Assembly (NCBI GenBank): GCA_001600695.1
Contig: BCKQ01000001.1
Coordinates: forward strand, 1,343,950 to 1,407,949
DNA: 64,000 bases
Direction of reading: 5' to 3'
DNA from: Ascoidea asiatica JCM 7603
Taxonomy: Eukaryota; Fungi; Ascomycota
Below are positions 20,636 through 32,709 of the stretch, piece by piece; position 1 is the first letter of the stretch, and each line of letters starts with the position of its first letter. The position numbers and the translations under genes are program-made. The notes beneath the pieces were generated by a model. It saw only the letters and a list, made by a program, of their open reading frames with translations, made no database searches and was not told the DNA's origin.

Positions 20636-23533
20636 ATGGTAGCACCACCAGTGTCTGCAGGTGCAAGATTCAGACAGAGGAAAATCTCTGTTAGGCAGAC
20701 CCTTCAAGTATTAAGGCAAACTGATTTACCAGACCTTGAAAAAGATGAACAACAAAGAGATTTCCAACGTATAGAAACTGGTGTTGAAAAAGGTGAAGAG
20801 GAGGAAGAACATTTACAAAAAGCTATAAATGCTGCTCATGCAATTGCGATTGGTTCAAAAAATGTTGCTAAAGAAGAAATTTATATTCCAACCCCGGATG
20901 CTTCAAAAATTTGGAAAGACGCTTCAAAATATTATCAAGGTGATTTTCTTGTGCCTTCCTCTTACATCAAGTTTTCTGCAACTGTTGAAGATACTTTTGG
21001 TGTAGATTATAATATGGATGAAAAAGATGAAATTTTTTTAAATATTATGAATAAAAAATTAAAATTATCTAATAAAATTATTCCACTATGTTCAGAAGCT
21101 GAATTCGAAATGGTTTGTTATAAATACGAAAAAGCCGTCAGTGAAAAGCAACCTTTTTTAACAATGGACCCTCAGGATATAATGTCTTACAAAGAAATTG
21201 TATCGTATTCTTTAATTGATGATAAAACTTCCCCTGAATATATAAAACTCCAATTACAAAAAGAACTAAATTCAGATAATCCTGTAGTAACATTATTTGA
21301 TAAATTGTCCCATGATAGAACTTCTGTTTCAAAAAGTAGAAAATTGACTGAATTATTCATACTTTATGGTGAGAAGATTTATGAACATTGGAAAAATAGA
21401 AAACTTCAAAAAGGTGGTAGAGCAATAGCTCCAATACTAAAATTTGAAGATAGATCTGATAAAGATGATTCTGACCCATATGTTTGTTTTAGAAGAAGAG
21501 AATTTAGACAACAAAGAAAAACAAGAAGAGCCGATTTACATTCTTCCGAAAAATTAAGAAAATTACATCAAGAGCTCAAAAATGCTAGAGAGTTAGTTTT
21601 ACTTGTTGCCAAAAGAGAAATTGAAAAACAGAAATCCATACAGCTAGAACAAAAAGTATTTCAAGAACGATGTGCAGTTAAACGATTAAGAAAAGAATTG
21701 AATATCAAAAGCGATGATTATGAAGATATATTACCCATCAAGAAAAAGAAAATTGTGTCTCAAGTTGAACAGCCAAAAGTTGATAATAAAGAAAATATTA
21801 ATACACTTGTTACTAAGTCTATTAAAGTTAATAACTCGATTGAAAATGGTGATATAATTAAACCTACAACACCAACTATATCCAATCCAAAACCTAAGAA
21901 AGAATCGAACAGAGAAAAGAAACAGAGTAAATCTAATAGGAATAATAAGGAAAGTGCAAATGGTTCTCTGAGCCATTCTAAAAGTAGAAAATATGGGTTG
22001 GGTCATACTGGCCAAGCGTATGTTAAACTTCCTGCTTCAAAAATTCCTGATATGCAATTGGTGACTGTTGAAAATATATTGAAAAGTAAAGAAAATGATT
22101 TATCCAAAGCTGTTACTGAACGACTCAAGAAGAATCGTGAAGATGACAAAGGTTGGGTCAATCTTACTTCTGATCCATATAATCCTTTTGTTTCTATTTC
22201 TCTTCCTGGTGAGCCTGTCTGTGATCCAAATCAAGTTCCTTACTCATGCTTAGCAAGTTCATTATTTGAATTGAAAACCTCTAATTTTATAAATGAGTCA
22301 AGCAGTAAATTATTTAGTAATGAAAGACATTTAAGAGATTCAATTTTGCCAATAGATGGTTTAGACGGTCAGATATATGACAAAGAAGAAATCAAACCTG
22401 AATTTTATAATCCTGTAACCGATTTTGATTTAGTTCATGAAAAGATATCTGAACCAATTTTTAGATTAAGAAAACGTATAGGACGATGTGGAAGAATAAT
22501 GATTGATAGAAAAGGTATGGTAACTAAGCAAGATCCGGTAGATGAATTTTTAAATTTTGATGAAGATAATTCTGCTGACAATGATATTGAAAAGAAAGAC
22601 ATTTCCAAACCTAGTATCAATACTTACGATTCTTCCTCGGAAAAACAGTTTAGACATGATAGTAGATGGATGTTTGACAATGATTTGACAGAATCTATGG
22701 CAGCTAAATTGAACCCTCTTTCAAGAGATCCCGGAACATTAAATGGTATAGAAAATGATACTCAAGTTACAAGATTTGGTTCAATGTTATACACAAAGGT
22801 CAATGATTTTCACAAAGAATTAGGTCTACAATACCATCGCCACAAACAACAACAGCATAAACAACTTCTTCAACAAGCATTGCAGCAGCATCAAAAGCAA
22901 CTTCAACAGCAACAGCAGCAACAACAACAAAAACTTCAACAACAACAGCAACAACAAAAGCTACAACAGCAACAACAACAACAGAAGCTTCAACAATTCA
23001 ATGGTGGAAAAAATGGCAAACATAAACAAAATCAACTTGCAAATGCTCAAAAACAACAGCAGAATAATCGTCAACAACAACAGCATCAGCAGCAACAACG
23101 TCAATTACAACAACAGCAACAATTGATGAATCAGCAATCAAGCCAGCAAATTAATCTTTTGAATTCTCCTAGACCTCAGTCCAATTCGCAACTACAACAA
23201 CAACAACAACAACAACAACAGCAACAGTCCAATAATACAATCCAACAATCCAATCAACAATCTCAAAAATCTAATCAGCGTATGTCGCCAGCAAATCAAC
23301 AACTTCAACAATCCAATCATCAAATGCCACAAATCAGTCAACAAATACAACAATCTCAGAAACAAAAAGCTTTACAACAGCGTCAGCTTTTGCAAAAGCA
23401 ATTCCAGCAAAAAAAACATCAACAGCTGCCTCAACAAAGAGTACAGTCAGATTCAATAATGCGCACTCCTACTCCCCAAATTCAGAATGCTCAAATTCAA
23501 AAACAACAAATGCATAAACAACAGCTTGTATGA
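20636..23533 (+). CDS. EPL1: Enhancer of polycomb-like NuA4 subunit, 965 aa
   Basis: ARFRQRKIS, IETGVEKGEEEEEHLQ, YIPTPDAS, YNMDEKDE and DPYVCFRRRE motifs; poly-Q C-terminus. Confidence 0.94.
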   Translation: MVAPPVSAGARFRQRKISVRQTLQVLRQTDLPDLEKDEQQRDFQRIETGVEKGEEEEEHLQKAINAAHAIAIGSKNVAKEEIYIPTPDASKIWKDASKYYQGDFLVPSSYIKFSATVEDTFGVDYNMDEKDEIFLNIMNKKLKLSNKIIPLCSEAEFEMVCYKYEKAVSEKQPFLTMDPQDIMSYKEIVSYSLIDDKTSPEYIKLQLQKELNSDNPVVTLFDKLSHDRTSVSKSRKLTELFILYGEKIYEHWKNRKLQKGGRAIAPILKFEDRSDKDDSDPYVCFRRREFRQQRKTRRADLHSSEKLRKLHQELKNARELVLLVAKREIEKQKSIQLEQKVFQERCAVKRLRKELNIKSDDYEDILPIKKKKIVSQVEQPKVDNKENINTLVTKSIKVNNSIENGDIIKPTTPTISNPKPKKESNREKKQSKSNRNNKESANGSLSHSKSRKYGLGHTGQAYVKLPASKIPDMQLVTVENILKSKENDLSKAVTERLKKNREDDKGWVNLTSDPYNPFVSISLPGEPVCDPNQVPYSCLASSLFELKTSNFINESSSKLFSNERHLRDSILPIDGLDGQIYDKEEIKPEFYNPVTDFDLVHEKISEPIFRLRKRIGRCGRIMIDRKGMVTKQDPVDEFLNFDEDNSADNDIEKKDISKPSINTYDSSSEKQFRHDSRWMFDNDLTESMAAKLNPLSRDPGTLNGIENDTQVTRFGSMLYTKVNDFHKELGLQYHRHKQQQHKQLLQQALQQHQKQLQQQQQQQQQKLQQQQQQQKLQQQQQQQKLQQFNGGKNGKHKQNQLANAQKQQQNNRQQQQHQQQQRQLQQQQQLMNQQSSQQINLLNSPRPQSNSQLQQQQQQQQQQQSNNTIQQSNQQSQKSNQRMSPANQQLQQSNHQMPQISQQIQQSQKQKALQQRQLLQKQFQQKKHQQLPQQRVQSDSIMRTPTPQIQNAQIQKQQMHKQQLV
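22845..23525 (+). repeat. Imperfect CAA/CAG poly-glutamine region of EPL1
   Basis: Read directly. Confidence 0.9.
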
Positions 23534-23961
23534 TTTGCTTTCAATTCTTGTTAAATTTTTTTTTTATTCGCAATTATTCAAAATTCAAGATGCTTTGAAG
23601 ATATGATATTTAATTTATAACATCTCCAAATTGTACAAATAGACGCTATGAATTTATCATTACTTTTTTATATTCATTTTTTTTTTCCTTTTCATGATAT
23701 TTTTTTTCTTATTTTTAATGCTCGTTGGTTCAAATTATTTAATATTTTTTCATTCTTATCTGTTATTTTATTGTTTATTTTTTTCTAATTTTTTTTTTTT
23801 CTTTTTCTTTTTTCTTCCTTATAATATTTTTTATCTTAATAAGTTAATTTCGGTTTCTTTGAGCAAACGAGATTAAATAAAAAAGTCATGTAAATTTTCA
23901 TAGAATTTAAAAAAAAATAAATAAAATTGCAAATTCAATATGTATTGTAGAAATTTATTTA

Positions 23962-25200
23962 TTAATCTTTAGATTCAACCTGATTCGTTTCTTTTTTTAA
24001 AACATTATCTATATTTATTTCACTTTTTTCTTTTGATATTGAGTTATTATTTATAGTAATAATTTCTGATTCATCAATATTATCATCAATATGATTTTCT
24101 TCATCATCTTCATCATGTCCAAGTTTTCTCTCAGGAAGAATTTCTTCAAAAGCAATTTTCCAATTTTTGCAATCAAACCATTTTAATAATAAAGCAACAA
24201 CATGATAAGTTGTTAAAACTTTTCTTCCATGTAATTTAATAAATTCATCAATAGGTAATTTTGCAGTTCTTATTCCTAATTTTTTTGCTTTATCATAACA
24301 TAAATTTTTATAACGACCTTTATCAACAATTCCTCCAATAATATAAGTTTCTCCATTATTTAAAGTTTCAAGTTTATTATTTTCATCAGCATCTGCAGTT
24401 AAATAAATATATTTTGAAAAATCTTTTGAAAAATCTTTTGAAAAATCTTTTGAAAAATCTTTTGTTAAATTATTTGTTTTATTATTTGTTTTATTAATTA
24501 CATCAATTTCAGAAAAATCATTTTGAATAAATTCAATATTTTTATTCCAAAATTTATATTGAAATAATACAGTTTCAAATCTTTTTTTTAATAATTTATT
24601 AAAAGAAGTTATTTTCATATTAACAAATTGATTTGATTTTCTATTTTCTGCATAACATCTTGTAAGTTGAGTACCTAAAGAAATTCTTTCTTTATCATTC
24701 ATTAAATCATCAAAACTACAATCAAGAATTATATTACAACCTGAGAAAATTTGATTTAAATTATTTTTTGATTTTGAAGATCTACTAACAGGTTTTAAAG
24801 AATTTAATAAATTTGAATCAATTTTTTCACCATTTGCTTGTTTTTGTAATAATTCATCTCTAATTTGTTTATTATTTGATTGTTTTAATTTTCTTTTTTG
24901 TTTTTTAATTTGTTTAACTTCTTCTTTTCTTTCATCCCATTTTTTTTGTCTTTGTAATTTTTTCCATTGAGATCTTGACATTCCTTCAGGAAGAGTTACT
25001 CTTGGTTGTAATCTTTGTCTTTTGATAAATTCTTCTTTTGTTTCACCTTCTAATCTTCTTTTATTGTTTATTTTAGAATCTTTATTTTCTGAATTTAATT
25101 TTTTTATTATTCCTATCGAAACTTCAACATCTTTAGGAATATTAGAAACTTGATTTGACTGATTTTCATCTTTTGAATTTTCTGAAGTTATTGAATTCAT
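23962..25200 (-). CDS. TRM10: tRNA (guanine-N1)-methyltransferase (m1G9), 412 aa
   Basis: PEGMSRSQWKK, ILDCSFDDLM, YLTAD, YIIGGIVDKGRYKNLC and GRKVLTT motifs. Confidence 0.94.
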   Translation of the reverse strand: MNSITSENSKDENQSNQVSNIPKDVEVSIGIIKKLNSENKDSKINNKRRLEGETKEEFIKRQRLQPRVTLPEGMSRSQWKKLQRQKKWDERKEEVKQIKKQKRKLKQSNNKQIRDELLQKQANGEKIDSNLLNSLKPVSRSSKSKNNLNQIFSGCNIILDCSFDDLMNDKERISLGTQLTRCYAENRKSNQFVNMKITSFNKLLKKRFETVLFQYKFWNKNIEFIQNDFSEIDVINKTNNKTNNLTKDFSKDFSKDFSKDFSKYIYLTADADENNKLETLNNGETYIIGGIVDKGRYKNLCYDKAKKLGIRTAKLPIDEFIKLHGRKVLTTYHVVALLLKWFDCKNWKIAFEEILPERKLGHDEDDEENHIDDNIDESEIITINNNSISKEKSEINIDNVLKKETNQVESKD

Positions 25201-25558
25201 TTTATATTCAAATAATTCTTTGATTGTATTATTTTATAAGAAATAAAAAGAAGAAAAAGGTCAAGAAACAGAGTAACTTATATTTAAATAATATTTTTTT
25301 TTTTTTTTTAGCGGTAGTTCAAATCGATTTTTAATTTACAGTTTTTATTGTCTGTATGTTGGAGGTTGTAACCATATTAATAATTTTTTCTTTTTTAAAA
25401 TTTTTTTTTCAAATTTCAATTTTCAAATTTCAACAAACTTTTAAAAGTTCCAAGTTAAAAAAAAACTCCAAGAGAAAAAACTTGAAAGAAAGAAAAAAAA
25501 TATCAGTTTTATTTATTGTTTTTGATAAATAATAATATATAAGAATAGAATAATAATA

Positions 25559-27160
25559 ATGGGAAAGGGAAAAAAGAATAAATCTAAAAAAAATGAAGGT
25601 ATTCAAATAAGAAAAGATCTTTTTCCATTATTTGAAATAAATCATAATGTTGAAAATCCATTATTTTCAATGGCATCACATCCTTCAAAACCATTAATTT
25701 TAACAGGATTAGGTAGTGGACATGTTTATATGTATAAATATAATGAAGAAGAATTAAAAGATTATTCAATAAAACAATTGAATGAAAATTATAAAGGATA
25801 TATAAATAAAGTTACAAAAGATATTATAAAACCATTTTGGAATAATTTTGAAAATAATGGAAATAAAAATAATGAAATTAAAAATAATGAAATTAAAAAT
25901 AATGGAATTGAAATTGGATGGAAAACTAAAAGACATAAAAAAAGTTGTAGATCAGTATGTTTTGATAAAAGTGGAGATTTAATTTATACAGTTGGAACAG
26001 ATAATGTTATAAAAAAATCATTATCAGAAACTGGAAAAGTGATTGATAAGATAAAATTAAGTGATGAAGATATTAAAGAAGATGGAAATATTAATACAAT
26101 TTTAATTTCAAATACAGAACCATTTTTAATCACAGGTACAGAAAATGGAAATATAAATATTTATGATTATAAAAATTCATTTAAAAAAATTTATTCAATT
26201 AAAAAAGTTCATGAAGATATGGTGAATTCAATTATTAAAATTCCAAATACATCAAAATTTCAATTTATTTCAGTTGGATCTATAACATTAGCACAAATTG
26301 ATTTAAGAAAAGGAATTTTAAATTTAAGTGATGATCAATCAGATGAAATTATGGATATTTCATTTCCAAATCCAGAAAGTAATAAAATTGCAATTTGTGG
26401 TATGTCAGAAGGTATAGTTACAGTTTGGAATAAAAAAAGAAATTATCAAGATCAAATGAATAGAATTAAATTAAGTAAAGATAATAGTGTTGATTGTGTA
26501 ATAAGTACAATGGAAGATGATGGAGAATGTTGTTGGTGTGGAACATCAGATGGTAAAGTTAGTAAAGTTAATGGAAGAATTGGAAAAATTCAAGAAATTA
26601 GAATTCATGATGATATTGATGAAGCAAATAATTTAGATATTGATTATGATTATAAATTAGTTTCTGGTGGTTTAGAAAAATTGAAACTTTGGAATTCAGA
26701 TCCAATTCTTGAAGAACTTGATATTGAAATTGGAAATGAGAGTGAAAATGATAGTGAAAGTGAGAATGAAAAAGAAAATGATAATAAAAATGGTTCAGAT
26801 TTTGGCTCAGACTCTGATTCAAGAGAAGTAAGTACAAATTCTGATTCTGATTCTGATTCAGATTCAGATTCTGATTCTGAAGCCAACATGGACTCAGAAG
26901 CAGAAGAAGCAGAAGAAATGGACGAGAAAACTCTCAGGGCCAATCTCAAACGAGCCATTCAGCGAAGAGACGAGCTTGGAGCAAGCGACGCCAGCAACGA
27001 CAGCGAGCAGGACGACGAGAAGCCCAGGAAGAAGAAGACACAAAAGCAGCAGAAGCAGCAGAGGCAGCAGAAACAGCAGAAACAGCTGCGTGAGAAATCC
27101 CAGCCGGTGAAGCGCGACAAGGCCCGTGATTCTGGCGTCATGTTTTTCGGGGACTTGTGA
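25559..27160 (+). CDS. JIP5: WD-repeat ribosome biogenesis protein (WDR55 family), 533 aa
   Basis: MGKGKK start; WKTKRHKKSCRSVCF; VGTDNVIKK; SDDQSDEI; acidic tail; terminal FFGDL. Confidence 0.88.
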   Translation: MGKGKKNKSKKNEGIQIRKDLFPLFEINHNVENPLFSMASHPSKPLILTGLGSGHVYMYKYNEEELKDYSIKQLNENYKGYINKVTKDIIKPFWNNFENNGNKNNEIKNNEIKNNGIEIGWKTKRHKKSCRSVCFDKSGDLIYTVGTDNVIKKSLSETGKVIDKIKLSDEDIKEDGNINTILISNTEPFLITGTENGNINIYDYKNSFKKIYSIKKVHEDMVNSIIKIPNTSKFQFISVGSITLAQIDLRKGILNLSDDQSDEIMDISFPNPESNKIAICGMSEGIVTVWNKKRNYQDQMNRIKLSKDNSVDCVISTMEDDGECCWCGTSDGKVSKVNGRIGKIQEIRIHDDIDEANNLDIDYDYKLVSGGLEKLKLWNSDPILEELDIEIGNESENDSESENEKENDNKNGSDFGSDSDSREVSTNSDSDSDSDSDSDSEANMDSEAEEAEEMDEKTLRANLKRAIQRRDELGASDASNDSEQDDEKPRKKKTQKQQKQQRQQKQQKQLREKSQPVKRDKARDSGVMFFGDL

Positions 27161-27429
27161 ACCAGCGGTGTGGGTGTGCGAAGTGCATTCAACACTCTCT
27201 GTTAACGTTGACATCTTGTTAATATCTGCTCAAGTCTTTGTTTATCTCTTAAAAGCTTAATCAGATTTAAACTTGTTTGAAATATTGAATATATCAGTAT
27301 CAGTATCAGTAAAATTTCATATTATCCATAAATACTAAATAATATAGAAATAAATAAATGAAAATTATCTTAAATCAATAGCATAACTAATGAAGTACTC
27401 TTCTTTTATCATAAAAATTACTATTTATA

Positions 27430-28290
27430 ATGTTCAAAGGTGTTAAATTCTGTTGCACTTCTGTAGCAAGTGATGTTCGAGTATGTATATATATATACTG
27501 TATATATATTTTTTTTTTTTTTTTTTCTTTTTTTTTTCTTAAAATATTTCAAATATAGAGACTTATTTTTATAAAATTATAAAATTATTAACAAAATAAT
27601 AAAATTTCATAATCTTTATTTCTTCAAGGTTGATATGTCAAGTAAAATTAAAGCAATGGGTGGTAGTTATTGTAATAATTTAATGTCTGATGTAAATATT
27701 TTAATTGTTGGTGATAGAAATACAGAAAAATATAAATTTTGTACTCAAAAAAGATATGATATAAAATTTATGACTCCAAATTCAATTTTTAAAATTTATG
27801 ATATTTGGATTCAAGGTGAAGAAAATATACCAATTAATAATTATTATTTATCAATATTTGAAAATATTTATATATGTGTTTCAAGAATAAAAAAATTAAA
27901 AATAAATATTTCAAATAATAATATTTCAAATAAATTTCAAATTTCTGAACTTATAACCTCAAATGGTGGTAAATCAAGTGATAGTTTAACAACAAATAAT
28001 TCATGTATTGTAACTACTGAAATTTCTGGAATGAGATATGAAAAAGCAAAAGAATGGGGTATACCTGTTCTTCATCCACTTTGGGTTATTCATTCAATTA
28101 AAAGAGGTGCAATGTTAGATATGAAATATTATTTACTTGATGAAATTTTTGAAAAAAATTTAAATCTTAATCAAATTGGTAAAGGTTCATGTTTAATTTG
28201 GTCTGAACTAAAGAATTTAAAAAATTTAAAAAATTTAAAAAATTTAAAAAATCAAAGTAAAAAAAGAAAATTTTCCTCTGATGATAATTT

Positions 28291-28335
<45 letters not shown>

Positions 28336-29986
28336 TAATGATGAAACTTTAAGAGTTATAAAAAAACCAACTGTGAATTCATCTGCTCTTTGGTCTTCTA
28401 TTATGAATCATAAAACTTCAAGTAGAGATGGTCAAACTCCAAAAAATACTTCTTTAATAATAAATTCTATAATATCTTCAGATACAACTAAAGAAACAAT
28501 AATATCAGATAAAAATATTCAATTAATTTCAAATTTCAATAATAATAAATCAAGACTCTCTTTAGCAAATAATACAGCTAATTTAACTTCAAATACCATT
28601 AATAATAATAATAATACTGTAGGAAATAATACAATAGATTATACTTTAAATAATCAATCAATTGATTTAAAAGGTCCTAATTTATTCTTAAATGCTTCTT
28701 TCTCATTCTATGGTTTCACAAATCAACAATATAAAACTTTAATACGTGTAATAAATTCTCATGGTGGTGATATAATGAGTATAGATGATGAATCTTCATT
28801 ACCAGATTATATAATTTTACCTTCATATAAAAAAATTAATCATTTACCAAATTTTAATAAAAAAAATTCAATTTTAATTACTGAAATGTTTATTGAAAGA
28901 TGTTTACAATATGATAAAATTAAATTAGATAAATGGGGTTTACCATTTAAAAATATTAATATTTTTAATTCAATAAATTTTAAAAATAAATTAAATATAT
29001 GTTTAACTGGATTTTCTGGTATTGAATTATTACATATTCCAAAATTAATTAATTTAATTGGTTTTAATTATTCTGATACTTTAAATTCAAAAAAAGATAT
29101 ATTAATTTTAAATACTTCAATTTTAGGTTTATCAATATCTTCAACACCAAATTTATTTTTAACATCATATTCTAAAGATGTTTTAAATTGTGAAATTAAT
29201 CAAAATTCAATAACTTCAACAAAAAGTAAAATTTTATTTGCAAAAAAAAATAATATTCCAATTTTAACAAATGTTTTTTTATTTGAAATTTTACAAAGAG
29301 GTGAATTAGTTAAATATAATGATATAAAATGGTGTATATTTAATCCAAAAGCTGATTTAATTCCTAGAAATTTAAAAGAAATTTATGAAACTATTGAAAA
29401 AAGTAAATTAAATAATTCAAAAAATACTTTTAATTTTAATTTAAATCTGAAAAATGTAAATTTAAATATTCATAATACTAATGGAAGTAATAATAATAGA
29501 CCTTTATTAAATAAACGACATGAAAATTCAATTGAAATACCTGGGAAAATAAAATTACCTTCACCAAGAACAGATATTAATAGATTTACAAGAATACGAG
29601 GGAAAGCATCAGAATCTGCATTATCAACAAATTCCAATATTCCTTTAAAAAGTGATAATGAAAATGAAAATGAAAATGACAATGAAAATGACAATGATAA
29701 TGATAATAATGAAAGTGAAATTTTAAATAATGAAAATATTAATCAAGATAGAAATGAAATTGGAAATGGAATTGGAAATTTAAATGAAAAATTTTTTGCA
29801 ACACAAGTTGTTTATGCAGATAAAGAAGAAAATATACTAAATGAAGAAAATAATGAATCATTTAAAACTACAATTAATAATTCAAAAATTGATATAAATA
29901 TATCTAGTTCTAATAATAAAAATATTAAAAGGAAATATAATAAAAGAGGTAGACCAAGAAAGAAAATTATAGAAAATGAGATATAA
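27430..29986 (+). CDS. DPB11: BRCT-repeat replication/checkpoint protein; 2 exons (27430-27480, 27629-29986), 802 aa
   Basis: Exon 1 MFKGVKFCCTSVASDVR supplies the first BRCT strand; MGG..., TEKYKF, WGIPVLHPLWVIHSIKRGA and ICLTGFSGIELLHI motifs. Confidence 0.87.
27481..27628 (+). other. Spliceosomal intron of DPB11
   Basis: GTATGT donor at 27481; TATTAAC branch at 27586-27592; AAG acceptor at 27626-27628; phase 0, in frame with the ATG at 27635. Confidence 0.82.
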
Positions 29987-30141
29987 TTAATAAAATTTTA
30001 TTAATATAAATTTTAGGTACATTTAATTCAATAATTTTATAGAACATTTATATAGTTTTTTTTTTATAATTATAATAATTATTTTTATGAAAAATAGTTA
30101 ATGAACATTAATTTATATTATATATTTAACCATTATTTTTG

Positions 30142-30191
30142 GAAAAGAAAAGAAAAGAAAAGAAAAGAAAAGAAAAGAAAAGAAAAGAAAA
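30142..30191. repeat. (GAAAA)10 microsatellite
   Basis: Read directly, just past the PAF1 stop codon. Confidence 0.92.
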
Positions 30192-30258
30192 GAGAAAAGT
30201 AAATTAGATTAGAAAAAAATATAAAAGAAAGGTAAGTAAGAATGAGAATTGAGAGATA

Positions 30259-31956
30259 TTAAACTTCACCTTCAGATACTTCACTTTCTAATTCATCATC
30301 AATATTTGCATCTGTAGTTTCTTGAATATTTTCATTTTTAATTTCATTTTCAATTTCATTTTCATCTTTAATATCTTGATCATTTAAATTTCTAATATCG
30401 CCAATATCAAATTCAGAATCAAAATAACTTTTTAAATTATCTCTTTGAGATAATTCATCATTTGTTGGTTCTCTAATTTTTAAATTTATAATATCAGTAT
30501 TTGAAGATCTTGCAGTTTCAATTAATTGAGGATTAACTCTTCTTCTTTTTAAATCAATTTTTTTATCATCTAAAGGTATAAAATAAGCCTTATTATCTAA
30601 TTTTGAAAAAGATAATTTAATTGCAGGAAATTTTTTATTTCTTAAATTTTTTCTTTTATTTAAATTATTATTTAAATTATTATTATTTAAATTATTATTA
30701 TTTGATTGAGTTATATTTGATAAATCATAATCTCTAATTCTATTAAATTTATAAATTTGATCATTTTCTAAATTAAGATAATTTGAATTTGTTGAATTTA
30801 ATAAATTATTTAAATTTTTTGAATTTTTTAAATTATTTAAAGTGAAAAAAGACATCCATTCATCACCATCTTGTAAAGTAACAGGTTTAAAAATAGAAGT
30901 ATTTAAAATTGGATTATTATTAATATTATTGTTATTGTTGTTGTTGGAGTTATTATTAATTGATCTTGAGATTGAAGAAGAACCAGTAAATTTTATATGA
31001 ATATATGGTTGATCTAATGAATTTATATCAGGTAAAATTTCCCAAATTTTTTTTGGTTTTAATCTTTTTTTAGTTGGATGTTTTAAAATTTTAAAATTAT
31101 TTGATAAATTTGAAGAAATTTCAAAAGTTTTTTCAACTGAATTTAAAATTGAAATTGGATCAGTTTTTTCAATATCATCATTAATAATTTTTGAAATAGA
31201 TAAATTATTTCTTTTATTTTTATTTAAAGATTTATTTAAAGATTTATTTAAAGATTTATTTTTATTAATAATAATTTGATTTTGATTATTAAGTTTAATT
31301 TTATTTTTATTTATGAATAAATTTTTAACACTTGAAGTATATTCAGTTCTTCTTAAGAAACTTACTGGTTTTATAGGTTTTAATTTATTATTATTATTAA
31401 TGTTATTAAAATCTATTGAAGTTAAAGTTGAATTTGAATTTGAATTAGAATTGGAGATATTATTATTAGATATTGATAAATCATTATTATTATTAATATT
31501 ACTTTCATTTGATATTTCATTTGACATTTCATTTATCATTGATTGTTGTTTAATAATTTCATCATCAATTAATAAAGAAATATTTGGATCTCTTAAAAGA
31601 GCTTTATCTTTTGGATGTAAAGGAAAAGAATGAAGATTATTATTATTATTATTTGACAGATTATTATCAATTGGAATTGGAGGTAATGGAAATAAAGAAT
31701 CATAATTATTATTTAAATTTTCAGTAAATGAACCTGGACATAAAGTTAAATCTAAAGGTAAATTTATATTTGAATCAATTGGTATTAAATTTGTGAAATT
31801 TTTTCTTCTAAATATTGAAGTTAAAATATTATCAGAAGTTAATATTGAAAGATTTGATTTTGAAGAATAATTTAATAATTTTGGTGGACATGGTGGTGGT
31901 GGTAAATCATTTTGATATCTAATTTTTGCAATATAATCTTGTCTTTGTCTTGACAT
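30259..31956 (-). CDS. PAF1: RNA polymerase II-associated factor 1, 565 aa
   Basis: RQDYIAKIRYQNDLPPPPCPPKLL, LHPKDKALLRDP, VSFLRRTEY and KHPTKKRLK motifs. Confidence 0.94.
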   Translation of the reverse strand: MSRQRQDYIAKIRYQNDLPPPPCPPKLLNYSSKSNLSILTSDNILTSIFRRKNFTNLIPIDSNINLPLDLTLCPGSFTENLNNNYDSLFPLPPIPIDNNLSNNNNNNLHSFPLHPKDKALLRDPNISLLIDDEIIKQQSMINEMSNEISNESNINNNNDLSISNNNISNSNSNSNSTLTSIDFNNINNNNKLKPIKPVSFLRRTEYTSSVKNLFINKNKIKLNNQNQIIINKNKSLNKSLNKSLNKNKRNNLSISKIINDDIEKTDPISILNSVEKTFEISSNLSNNFKILKHPTKKRLKPKKIWEILPDINSLDQPYIHIKFTGSSSISRSINNNSNNNNNNNINNNPILNTSIFKPVTLQDGDEWMSFFTLNNLKNSKNLNNLLNSTNSNYLNLENDQIYKFNRIRDYDLSNITQSNNNNLNNNNLNNNLNKRKNLRNKKFPAIKLSFSKLDNKAYFIPLDDKKIDLKRRRVNPQLIETARSSNTDIINLKIREPTNDELSQRDNLKSYFDSEFDIGDIRNLNDQDIKDENEIENEIKNENIQETTDANIDDELESEVSEGEV

Positions 31957-32083
31957 TATGAATTGAAGATAATATTTATTGATATTAATTGAGAATGATT
32001 GAAATATTGATGATTGTTATATAATCTTATTGATGTTATTATCTTTAAGTTATTATTATTGTTTATATAAGTGAAAATACTCC

Positions 32084-32460
32084 CAGGGCAGGTTTGAAAT
32101 TGAAAATAATAAAACGTGACACGTGATGCCGCACCTGACCTGCGCGGAAGTATGAAAAAAGGCCTTGGTACACTAATTCAATAAAGAGCGTTGTTTCAGC
32201 GCGATGAGACAAAAGTGCTCGTACCGTGCTGGAAGTGTCAGGTGCGCTGTACGAGAGTCGGAAGTAGGAAAACAAGAAGTTGGCCGTGGCACGTGACTTG
32301 GCAAGATGAGTGTTCGTGTGGCCAGCTTGTTGTTCTTTCTTTTCTGCTACAACGATAAAATAGAACTTGATAACGGCTTTGATAATAGCTTAGATAATTG
32401 CCTGTGTAAAGTGCCTGTGTAAAGTGCCTGTCGTTTCTTCTTCTGTTTGCCTTCCGTGGA
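32084..32460. promoter_or_regulatory. GC-rich divergent promoter PAF1/PHO88 with CACGTG E-boxes
   Basis: CACGTG at 32120-32125 and 32290-32295 (the latter reads GTCACGTG on the minus strand, Cbf1 type); CACCTGAC/GTCAGGTG pair. Confidence 0.6.
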
Positions 32461-32709
32461 TTCTCTGCAAATACTTTTCATATTCTATTTTATTCATTTT
32501 ATTTCATTCATTTTATTTCATTCATTTTATTTCATTATTTTATTTCATTATTTTATTTCATTATTTTATATTTCATTATTGTATATTTCATTATCTATTT
32601 AGTTCTAAATACTTGATAAAGATATATAAATAACTATATTCACTCTTCAAAGAAATTAAGCCATATACAATATATTTCTTTGCTTATATATATAATATAA
32701 TATTTCAAA

